DNA of 64,000 nt from contig NW_026781955.1 in NCBI RefSeq assembly GCF_031769215.1, positions 1,860,001 through 1,924,000 on the forward strand, in the 5' to 3' direction. The first letter of the stretch is position 1. Each line of letters starts with the position of its first letter. The notes below the pieces were generated by a model, which worked only from the letters and a program-made list of their open reading frames with translations, was not told where the DNA came from and did not search any database. Shown here piece by piece: positions 15,009 through 26,933 of this stretch. The position numbers and the translations under genes are program-made. The DNA is from Ylistrum balloti (Eukaryota).

Positions 15009-18000
15009 ATGCATCACAGAACATCAAGGTAAGATATCTCTACTTAGAACTTATATAAGCGGACAGATTTTTTTTCTGTGCTATATTTTATACTCTTTTG
15101 TAGCTTGCTTTGCTTTGGAATAGCTGTTTTAGCCAAGATTCTGTCCTTTGAATCTTATTAGTTCCGTTTACAAATTGAGTGAATATTCATATAAATGCAT
15201 GTAGTTATACATTGTGATATTTTTACAGATATCTCTTTCTACATTTGGTTTGCCTGTATGATGTCACGATTGGATTTAGCATATTTAAAGAGAGAATACC
15301 GAACGGCGATAAAGTAGTTGACCCATGCGATAGCAATGAAATATGGACCGGATTGGGTCACCAAAACAAAGATGGTGGAGGACTTACAAACCCATTCGGT
15401 CAGGCTTTCAAGAACAATAACTTTGTAAGTAAGATGGCTACTACACAGTAACACAAAGGGGCATGTCAGTAAAATCCTTGTTCGAGAAATGAATCTAGAT
15501 GAAGAAAAAATAATGATTTGGTTCTATTGTGTCTATTTCGAAGGTTGTTTTGAAATGTGCTCTTCTCTTGTAAGTTTTTGTACGATCATAACAATCCTCT
15601 CAGCAACGAAACGCTTGCAAATTTCGTCTGTTATATTTCATCAAAAGGTTGTTTCTAGTATTGGAGGTAAATCATAAATAAGAGTATTTAGCTGTGTAAA
15701 GAAAACTGGAAAAGACATTGATCAAGAGATTACGTAAATCAGGTTTGTTGGTTCTAAAGGTATGGAACAAGACTTTTTGCATGGAAGATTCGGACGGGGA
15801 TGGAGCAACTAATGGAAGAGAGCTTGGAGATCCACTCTGTTTATGGAAATTTGGAACCAGTCCGATATTCCAACCCCTCGGCCATCCAGGTAAATTATTA
15901 ACTAGTAAGGCTCAATAGAGGTTATTGAGGTCAAGCTGTAAAACTGACAAACAGTAAGACAGCAAACATTATCATGATTTAGTCTACACATGACCCACTA
16001 GGAAACAGATGACGTAACCGTATTATTTGAAAGTGTACGTAATTGCAGAATTACTATTGGCAATCATAATGGTTTCCATTGTTATATTTTGACATGGATA
16101 TTGAGCAGAAATAATTTACGATAATCAACATTGATTTGAAAATGATTTTTTTTTGTCATGGAATCAGCTTCTAGATATCTGGAGAGAAAATATGAATAAT
16201 TTTAGACAAATACACGAAGACGTCAAATTATACTGCGTGGGATTTATATCTAAGATGATTTTCCGAAGTTGATAAAAATGAATAAATAACCCTGTGTATT
16301 CAACATTATTTTCCTATGTAAGATGTCATTCTCGATACTCCAGGGGTAACAATCACTTTCGATCTCTCAAACATTTCATGGCAAAATTGGAGGCTTCGTG
16401 TGCGACACCTTGTGGATAAAACGAAAATGCTACTTTGATCTCCTGATGTACATTAAACGAATCTCGACGCGCTTAACGGTATATTGTACTAGCTTTCAAA
16501 TTAGATATCGCTTCTTTGTCATCATCTCAGGAGCATACCAGTCTGTGGTTGGTCATTTTCTGTTCTCCTGAAACTCGCTCAAAGCCAAACAAATTACATC
16601 GCGTGTGCATTCGATTTTGCAAAGAAATGTACCAGGGGTGCAAGGATCGAAAGTGATCGTGACCTCTGGAGTATTGTGGATGGTAAGAATATAACAACAC
16701 ACAGTGTTTATAGCGGGATCATTAAAATTCGGGGCAGACTCAATTCAAGGACGTATAATATCAGGAAAATACACATAAGGTGTCATTAATAAGAATATAC
16801 CATATAGACGAGTTCAAATCTTAACTTTGATGTAGTATTGTCCAACTAGAAAGAGCACATGTTCCGTAATTGATACTTTGTCCAAACATACATAATGTCA
16901 ACTATTAACAGTAGTTGGTGTTTTTCTCATATGATGTAACACAACGCTTTAAACCACTTGTAAAACTGCAAAACATGGAGAAAAATCGGACTAGTGCTGG
17001 TTTCAACTTCGCCTTCTTTATGATTTATTAAATATCAAATCCTGCATCCAAGGCTTCATAAGCTTAGGATTTGATCTTAACCGCCATTACGTGGTCAGTA
17101 TACTGTAACGAAGCGCAACAGAGAACGAGAGCATCAGGTACTGAAGATTGTTCGTTCATTCTTGTTCTCAGGCGTTTGTGAACCATGGAGCTCTCCCTTT
17201 TGTCGGCGGAAAAATGCAAATTGGCTCAACTGTGTCAACCTTCCTGTAGAATGTGAACATATTAGAATGCGAGGTAAGTAGACGGATGTACAGCCATATG
17301 AAGCAAATTCCGTTTAATTTCAAATTGACATTTCCCATTCCAATTTATTGAATCTTCCACCAATGTCTACATTTTACGAGGCTTTTTGAATAACGTGTCA
17401 ATCTATTTTCACAGAAAGCAAAGTTTCAACACCTGTCACTTTCGAGCATTATTGCGACGAAAATGGTGTTGCCTTGATACCTAATGTAACTTTAAATTAA
17501 CTCATTGCGGTGGTCATTACGTGTTGTCGATTTGATAGGACGTCTTAATACGATATAATCTTGATAAGTATGACAAAGTGTAGCGATCAATTCGCATGGC
17601 AACAGGACAAAAGTACATGGCATTTTGTTCTGTCCAGGTGTCCGAAACATGCAGCTTAGATTGCCACCGACAAATGTACCTGCACAAGAGACCACGTATG
17701 TGTGTGTGAACCTGGAGTTTCCGTCAGATAGGGATTATCACGTGATCGCAGACACAGCTTTCGTAAACAACAGCAATGTTCTGCACCATATGATGTTGCA
17801 GGGTTGCTCTCCTGGAGGTACTGTGTTGTACTGTGTTATGAAAATGATGTCAGTATGAGAAATATTCTTGTTTAAAAAGATCGATTTCAGTGCAAAGATT
17901 GTATCTACCTAGACACCCAAAGTTTACCTCAATCTCTGAATATAGCCTGAATACTCTTCATTCTTAATCAAAACGGATCCGTCAAACAACCCCATTTATC

Positions 18001-21000
18001 TAAAAAGTGAAGATGTACTCGGATCAGCTGTTGTTTGATCGCTACGATCATTAACATAATCAAACTTTGCATACAAAATTAATTTGATATCTAGGTGTGC
18101 ACTTGACTTTATTTCTTGGGTCTAGCTTCAAAATGGAATTTTTTTTATCTCTGATTTGTTGAACCTTTAGCTTAGCAGGAGGAAGGAACCATGACAGCGT
18201 CGTTCATTTCTAAACAAAACAAAAAGAGATACATTTTCGTACAAAATGGCCGCCAAGCGCAGGCCTCTGATTGGACGAAATTTACACACCCTCCTATTTC
18301 CATGAAATTTGTTATATAGATGTAACTTTGACGATACAAACTACTTAAGGAGGACCAGGTGGTATTCGGTGTCGGCTGTTGAGAGGATCCGGTTTTGATC
18401 GATGTATATGTGCTGTGTGACTCGACGTATACAATTGTTACGCCTGTTTCTGATCAGACAAATTAGCTGACCTAGAGAGACGATTAGTTTCAATATGTGG
18501 GTTTTTATCAAATTTGCTATGTAGTCCCTCGAACACTACCATTAATCGCTTTAACATAATGATCACTGAGCGAGGTACTAATGTGGATTAATGTTGATAT
18601 TGACCGATTCCGATAAATTTCTTTATGTTGCGGAGGCGTTTGGGGCACTTATGTAACGGCCCCGTTACAATCAGAACTTGTTTCCTATTATCCTGATATT
18701 TTGCAACTGAAAGGTAAAATCTGCTTTACGTTTTGTTTGTCATGGTAAAGTGCAATATCTTTTTGTTTCTATAGTAACTGCCGCTGCATTAGCACATCCT
18801 CTTGGTCAAGTTTATCCCTGCAGTATGTTGGCGGAACCTGAACTGTGTCCAGATTTAATCACTGGGTGGACCCCGGCCATCAGTGGAAACTGTCACCCTC
18901 TCGAAGCGGGATACAAAATCGGGCGGACAGGTTCTCGGTATGCTGTTCTACAGGTAATTCATTACTTACAACCATATGGATATAACCATTGTTTCTCTAA
19001 ATCATAAAGAATAAACATTCGGTGAAGCAAACATGCAAACGATACACATGAAAGCCAAATCAAGAATGATTGATCTCTGGATCTTTTCCATTAAAACACA
19101 ATATTTGATGGAAGAATATCCTCAAACCATGCTATATAACACCTCACAAAGACAGTTTCCCAGCAAACTATATGATAAACATAACAATTTCGATTTCCTT
19201 GTGAATTTTCCATTTCTACATAGTGAAATTCTGTTTCCAAAGAGCTAAATTACACCTCAAACGGTGAGCTTTCCATTAAGATATATGATAAAAGTAATGA
19301 TTTCGAGCTCCTTGCTGTGAATTTTCCATTTCTATGCAGTAAACGTTTTGCTTCCACTGTCTACGGTGTTAAGAGAAATTTATCGACAACTGACAAATAA
19401 ACAAAGGAGAAAGATGTAATGCCGTATCATGATTTCATAAGGAAATGAGTACAATTTTGTATACCTGCCGTTCATTGTTATTTATATTAATTACTTTGAT
19501 TGGCCAAATGGCGAGTGTTGCCGATGAAGCTGAAGATGCTTTACCTTCCGGGATAAATATAAACTTCACATATCTGACAACAGTTAAGAATCGTTTACCT
19601 ATCACACTTGTTGGCCCAGATTGAAGCGCACAAAGGAACACATTCTGGGAGTATCCAGGAAAGCCCACGTGGTCGGGCAGGTCACCCCTAACCTCTTCAC
19701 GTCCGTTCAAGAACCGGACTCCGTACGTCTTGGTGAAAGGCGAATACATTACCGCCCAACCACCCTCTGGATTACCCGGTTTTAATCCTCTCGACCTTTT
19801 CAATGGTTGCTGTGAAATCTTTCTTTTGATAAACTTTTGCCCCTGTTTCATCGTCATTTAATTAGGATTCTGTCAACAAGCCGGTATTTTCTATTTAATA
19901 ATGCATTACTTCATCATTTAGTTGAATGCTTCTCGCGATAAGTAGACCATGTTTATATATTTTATGATGACAGGTGATGTGGAACAATCCTACCATGTCA
20001 GCTGGTGAAATGGATAGTTCCGGGATGATTCTGTTCTACACATCAAGACTGAGACCTTACAACATTGGAACTCTTCAAGTGGGAACTAAAAGTATTCTTA
20101 TTCCTCCAGGGGAAAAGGGGTTTGACATAGAATCAAAGTGCGATTCAAGTTGTACCAGACAGCAACTCTCAAGACCCATCTTTATCCTAAATGGGTACAA
20201 CCATATGCATTATGCAGGTATGAAATTTATTTGCGTATCTTTCAACAAAAACAAGTATTTATTTGATTGAAATTAATGTTTGCGGGTAGTGATCTAAATC
20301 GGATCACAAATTAATATGGGAGTTTTAACTTTCGTTTCTCTAATCTTTAATATAAATACTTAACTCTTTTGGTTGATACAAAACTAAAGTGAAAGATTTA
20401 TTTTAAATTCTTTGATCTCGCAGTTTTTTGTTTTTGTTTTTGTTTTTGTTTTTTTTGTATTTTTCTTACTTATCTTGAAGGTTTAATGTGTTTCTGACAA
20501 AATATTTAATGTAGATCCCATATCACATTAAGTATGTATTTCCGATCTGTCATGTTGTCTCTAATAAGTTTCTGTTTATATTTTGGCTGCAAAATTACAT
20601 TACAGTTCTATTTCTTTTTTCTTTCCTTTTTTCCTGAAAGTGCAAATATTCGTTCGCGGTTTTACCAAACGCATGATGCTAAAGCCATATTCCCTTTGGT
20701 TTTCGTTACATTTTCAAGATCCCTTTTTATGATCGATCTATTCTGTTCTTGAAAATTTTGAAGAGTAGAAATATTTTTTACAGTATATTCATACTATTTA
20801 TGAACAAATAGGAGTTTGGGTCATTACTCCCCTTGAGAGTTTAGATTCTCAAGAATAAGTCATTAAACTATCGACCACAGAAAATCAATGAAGGCATGGA
20901 GATTTTCACGGAGACATACAATTTTTTACTGCGCTAACATATATTCTATTCATCATAAATCAATAGATTCCGTGCATTAACAGAAAAGGTCGTGTAAATA

Positions 21001-23714
21001 AACGGGTTGATTTGAAGTTTAGATGTCACAGTACACTCTATATCTTGTCATGCACGTGATCAAGTTATAAACTGGTCAAAGTCATCGTGCTCGTATATAT
21101 ACATGTTACTTATCATAACTGATCCGAAAGGTTCGGGATAAATGTACGGTATTGTTATACCTACGGTATATATTTACTTATGTAATCTAGCGTATTGTGA
21201 TGTCATTTTATATAATTATATGACGCATTCACAGATGGAAATTTAATGTAACAGTGTAGACCATAGGGATAAAGCGAGAACGATTTCGAGTTTCACGTAA
21301 AAATGTTTGTTTTCTAAAACATTTGCTTAAAAAACGAAACCGTGAATAAAAGAATCTTCAATTCATTTCCTTGCGATTTATGTAACTCTTATCTTATTTA
21401 TTTATTTTGAGGATTTTTTAAATGAAAAAAAAAATTATTGGAAATTCTAAATTTCGTTTCATAAAACCATCCATTAAATGTTCTGTTCTGTAATATCCTA
21501 CATATACTTAGAAGTTGCAGCATTCACAAGTATTCCCATTGTGTTTTTTTTTTTTTCGTATAATTTTTGACAGGTGCTGAGATGAGGATAGCCATGAGAA
21601 AGTTTAGGGAAGTTCAAGATCATACAATCACACAAGATATCGTTTACGACTACGACAATCCTGTCATACATACGTAGGTATAATCATCACAAATTCAAAT
21701 GCGTTATAAAAAGGGTCATATCATTATCAGTTATGTTTTTTTTTCTTCTGAAATAGTAAAACTTAAAAATTAGGATATCATTTATTTACAGAATTTCAAA
21801 TAACATATCATAATCTTATATCATTTTAATATGCAGTCCTTTCACTCCACCTACTTTAAATGTTCGCCTGTACTCAATATATGATCATAGTACATGTATT
21901 GAGTTTAACATAACAAGAGACCCTGTATAACAGATTGATTAATGGTTTTGTAAAATAAAACCATTGTAGAAATATTAGAAGTATAAAATATAGAAACCAG
22001 TTCACACGAATCAGAGAGTCAAACATTTTTAGTCACCACATCGCTACTCCAAATGACATTTGCGTCTATATTGAATTAATCAGAGGCCAAATTTGATCAA
22101 AATAATTTCTAAGACATTTGAATATACATACAAAGGGGACATTATAGTGTTACAGTGTAAAGGACACTGTCACAGCATATAACTATAAATTAGATTTTTC
22201 TTTTCCTTGCCAGAAGGTTTACAATTTAGGCGTTCCTGATTTGAAAACCTGTCTATTCTTTATTTAAAAATATTGATTTGATAGCCGTTGGTACCGTGGA
22301 CATATGTAAGCTACATTCTTTACCATAACTGTATGCAATTATTGACAAAATGATATGTCAATTGACATCTCAATACTATAGCGTTAATATGGATTCTGGG
22401 TATATAAAAAATACTCGCCTTTGAACTTTTCCTGATATTGAAAGCAAGAATTAGGATACATGTAATATTTTCTCTGTCTGTCCCATATTCATTTAAGGTT
22501 ACTATCACCAGTGGAAATTAAGCCTAGAGATGAAATCTTCACTTCCTGTTCCTATAATACAATGGTCCGGAACACCACGACGTCCTTTGGTCAGACACCG
22601 TCGGATGAAATGTGTCTGGGATTGCTTAGCTACTACCCTGCAGAGAATATGTCTCCCCGGCACTGTTTGTCAGAGATGGGGTTACCCCAGTGTGTTCTCA
22701 ATGATCAAACTGCATTTATTGATAGGTGCCCGGTGGTCTCTTTCCCGTCCAGTCATGAGGCCACTAGCTTTATGCAGTTGGTAAGTCCAGAATACATAAC
22801 TATCATTTAATTAAAGGGTCACTTAATTTAGTGTTGTGAGAGTATATACAAAGTAACGTTGCTTCAAATGGGAAAAGTCGGTTAAGAATGATAATAAATA
22901 ATTCAAAAAACTTAATATGACTGTCTACTTGGTGGTAATAAAATAGACATTTCGCGCTTCAGCTTCTAGATGAGTCAGATCACACGCAAAAACTAAGAAA
23001 ATGCAACATCTATAAAGTATATATTCGCCATGAATTTCCATTTTGTTCGCAGTTATTAAAACGCAATATAATACACAGCACTTAACTTATATTTATACAC
23101 TGGCTGATAAAATCAATACTTACAAAAATATCTGTCTTCCGAAAGATAGAAGCTGCTCTAATGAAAATGTATTTATCACATAAGTATCATATCTTCAGTG
23201 TATGACCTTGAGTAAATTTGGTAGTCTGAAAGTTTCGATTGCTTCAATAGTGACGTCATAACTTCATGACATCATATACACTGTGACGTCACCTCATAAA
23301 GAAATGAACGTACATGACGATTGCCACTGATGAGTTTTGTAGTGTTTATTATATACAATTTTTCAAATAAATTTCGTCCCCATTTTTATTTCCCATGTTT
23401 TGCGTTTTTTACATCAACAAATATATTTTGCTGACGTAATATAATTCTGTTTACAGTTGGATGATAATTGCTTTCCTTTCCGATGCAATAGAGAGTGCAT
23501 AGACGTCGTAAAGAGAATCAGGAAACATCCGTGTTTTATTGGGAAAGTGAAGGAATATACAATTACCCAAATAGAAAAAATCCACGGACTGGAATCTATA
23601 GCACGATTAAAGTCCTGTGACGTGGAGATCGCTAGACAAGAGGGACTCTGTAAAAAACCTGTGGGCACGTCATCGTGTTTCTGTAGCGATTTCCCGATGA
23701 GACGTGTTATATAG
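15009..23714 (+). CDS. Secreted temptin-domain + copper type II monooxygenase, paralogue B, 563 aa, 10 coding exons: 15009-15028, 15229-15424, 15760-15889, 17172-17273, 17638-17817, 18775-18953, 19974-20217, 21574-21673, 22498-22780, 23457-23714
   Basis: GT-AG introns; CDS 1692 nt, open. Internal exon sizes mirror paralogue A (130/130, 102/102, 180/177, 179/176, 244/244, 100/100, 283/280). Motifs IPNG..DPC..GLGH..GGG..NPFG, CMEDSDGDGATNGRELGDP.C.W, GVCEPW, LHHM, GWTP, HMHYAG, YDYDNP, DEMC. The first 20-nt coding exon is the least certain part. Confidence 0.88.
16327..16682. mobile_element. MITE-like non-autonomous DNA transposon, copy 1 (intron of paralogue B)
   Basis: Imperfect TIRs of about 38 bp: left cattctcgatactccaggggtaacaatcactttcgatc, right gatcgaaagtgatcgtgacctctggagtattgtggatg. 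No ORF; a homologous copy lies at 24611-25051. No clear TSD. Confidence 0.75.
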
Positions 23715-24610
23715 TCTGCATGCATAATTAACACACCTGCAATAATGACAAACGAAACGCGCATCAATAATCACTATTTGTGGGGATAGGATCTGATATC
23801 TGATAGAGGCACTGACAACTGTAGGAAACATGACTCTTTATTAAGGTTTAACTTCGAAGGAATGGGCGGCAACTGTATACCAGACCCAATGAATTATTAC
23901 GTTACCAATAGTTTTCAGCGTTACACATCATGTATCGTGTAACTATACATAAAGTTTGTTGTAGCAGAGTTGGAATTCTATTGGTTTTGATGTTGAATAT
24001 TGTTTTTTAAAAAAAATTTCTATCTGGTACAGTGTAATTTGGGGTGAACTTTGTCAATGTTTGCATGTTTTGATAAGCAAACTATCGTGTTCGTGTCCTT
24101 TTAATTGTAAATTTGTAACAGTGAAGTCTGAGGTGATTGATTTATCAAATAAAGCGGACGATATCAATTAATGACGATAGTGAACTGATAACAATATCGA
24201 TATCTCCAAAACTATCTATTATATTGAAAATATACTTGTTTTTCGCTAAATTCATTAATCAATTATGCTACAAGACAATGAACACTTACATTACAGTTCA
24301 ACATCAATTTATACTGAGCCAAATTTCGTAAACGGTTGATGTCTCTAAAAACTTAAAAACCAAAAAATACTATTTGCAGTTTACCTCTCCATAGAATAAA
24401 AACATCTAGGATATTCTTATGTTAGCCTTGGTGCAACCCTAATTGTAATAAATTGCTTATTGTAATATTTATTACATTAAGGTCAAATTTATTTCAATAA
24501 ATCTAGAAATTAATATTTTCAGCTTTTGTTGTACAATGATAGCAAAATATATCATATACATTAATGTTTTCACAGAAAAAAATAGAAATTTATTTTCCAG
24601 GAAAATAAGC

Positions 24611-25051
24611 CAGCCCCGACATGCCATGTGTTACGATCACTTTCGCTCTCCGCCCCTCTGGAACATTTCCATGACAAAATTCCAGGTCCATGTGCGACAC
24701 TTTTTGGAAAAGATGAAAAGACTAGTTTGATCCTTTGACGTACATCAAACGAATCTTGGGGTAGCATAACGGTATATTGTACTGGATTCGAAGTTGGATG
24801 TCGCTCATTTGTAATCTCCAAAGGGAGAGTATCAGTCTGTAATTGGTCGGATTTTTTTTCTTCCACTCTAGACCAACCAAATTACTTCACCTGTGCTTTA
24901 ATGATCCTAGTCAGTGATTGGTAAGTTTTTTCCTCCTACACACCCGCTCTAGACCAATCAAATTACTTCACTTGTATCTTCAACTTTGCCAGGAAATGTT
25001 CAAAGGGTGCAAAGAGCAAAAGTGAGCCTAACCAAAGGAGTATCGAGAATG
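24611..25051. mobile_element. MITE-like element, copy 2, with an internal ~80-bp duplication
   Basis: Colinear with copy 1 (cgatcactttcg, gtgcgacac, acatcaaacgaatct, aacggtatattgtact, cagtctgt..ttggtc). Right end ggagtatcgagaatg is the reverse complement of the copy-1 left end. The segment ctctagacca.ccaaattacttcac occurs twice. Confidence 0.7.
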
Positions 25052-25498
25052 TTGTAAGCGTAGCCTCTGTAGTATGGAGGATGTAGTGAGCGTAACCCCT
25101 GGGTATAGAGGATGTAGAGAACGTAGCCCCTGGAGTATTGAGGATGTAGTGAGCGTAACCCCTGGGTATAGAGGATGTAGTGAGCGTTACCCCTGGGTAT
25201 AGAGGATGTAGTGAGCGTAACCCCTAGATTATGGAGGATGCAGTGAGCGTAACCCCTTGAGTATGGAGGATGTAGGGAGCGTAACCCCTAGATTATGGAG
25301 GATGTAGGGAGCATAACCCCTAGATTATGGAGGATGTAGGGAGCGTAACCCCTAGATTATGGGGGATGTAGGGAGCGTAACCCCTAGAGTAGGGAAGATG
25401 TAGGGAGTGTAACCCATAGATTATAGAGGATGTAGGGAGCGTAACCCCTTGAGTATGGAGGATGTAGTGAGCGTGACCCCAGGAGTATGCAGGATGTA
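25052..25498. repeat. Minisatellite, 31-32 bp unit, about 14 copies (gtagtgagcgtaacccctggagtattgaggat)
   Basis: Period read directly (atgtag at 25081, 25112, 25144). Confidence 0.9.
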
Positions 25499-26049
25499 GA
25501 TACATTTCATAACCTTAATGAAAATATTACTATTGAGCTGACGTCATGATACGTCATTTGTCATCCAAATGACATTCATATTGACAATAAATACAATTCG
25601 ATCACCGTTCGATAGTTAAGTGATGTTTTGGTATCCAATCCATCTACACCCTCAGTTCAGAATATCATTTATGCATCATTGAAATTTATCGACTGTTGGT
25701 TTTAGATTGATGTCCTTCGTAAGTTTAACACAGTAAATGACCATTTGATGTCAGCCATCAAATGTAGTTACCATATGCGGTACACATCCTTTATAATCAT
25801 GGCACATCGGTAATAAATCAAAAGGAATTAAAACACGGGATAATTGTTTCTGATATTACACCGGCTGTGGATATCGCCTTTCATTGCAAATCTAGAATTA
25901 GATAGAATAGAGGTAATTTATGAACTGAGATGCATCGCATTACATAGTATCTTCCTAGTAGGAGCCAGTGATGTTTAGGACGTAAATTGTTACCTTGACA
26001 GTGTATTACTGCTGTGTTACCTCCTGTTAACAACCAGAGTCTTTTTAGG

Positions 26050-26209
26050 NNNNNNNNNNNNNNNNNNNNNNNNNNNNNNNNNNNNNNNNNNNNNNNNNNN
26101 NNNNNNNNNNNNNNNNNNNNNNNNNNNNNNNNNNNNNNNNNNNNNNNNNNNNNNNNNNNNNNNNNNNNNNNNNNNNNNNNNNNNNNNNNNNNNNNNNNNN
26201 NNNNNNNNN
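26050..26209. other. Assembly gap (160 N)
   Basis: Run of N. Confidence 1.
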
Positions 26210-26933
26210 CCCCATGTAGGTCTCGTTTTTTGGCTACTTGAGAAAAGCAATAAATCAACCTTATATTATATGGCATTTGAATCAAGACAGAGACATACAC
26301 AAGAATATTATATTAACACTCTGCACTTTGGATCTGGAAAAAAAAAACAACCAACCAACCAAACAAACAAACATATCAAAATCTATGAGGCAGGTCATTC
26401 AAACTTTTCAAGCTTTTAAATTATACACAGTATGTATCGATAAGTATAAATGTCAAATTTCAAGACCTTATTAATATCAGAGACATATATAACACATATA
26501 TACGTCTTTAGTAATATGCAAGTTAAACTGAGTGTCCATATATGGTCTGTAGCTCTGAGACGGCCTCCCCCTTCATAAATATCGGACTTGAGCAAGACGT
26601 CAACGTTGCTTTAATTTACAGATAACTAACATGTTGTGTAATTAAGTATGGCCTCGACAAAGTCAGAGAGACTATCTTAGTATAGCCCACACAATAGTGC
26701 AGAACCTTCTACACTGACGCAACATTTCTGAAACAGACTATAGATGGCTTCTCGATAGACAGCTTGCTGAACAATAACGGCTATAAATAGCACAGTCTTG
26801 TTTCCTAGTGTGTGCAAGTAGAGCTAGTTGTTAGTGTATGTGTGTGTAAAACTTAGTCGTATCAATAGTACGTGGCCATATTGTCAATATCATATGTTAT
26901 GCTACATGTGGTAAACAGTCGAGGTACAACTGA

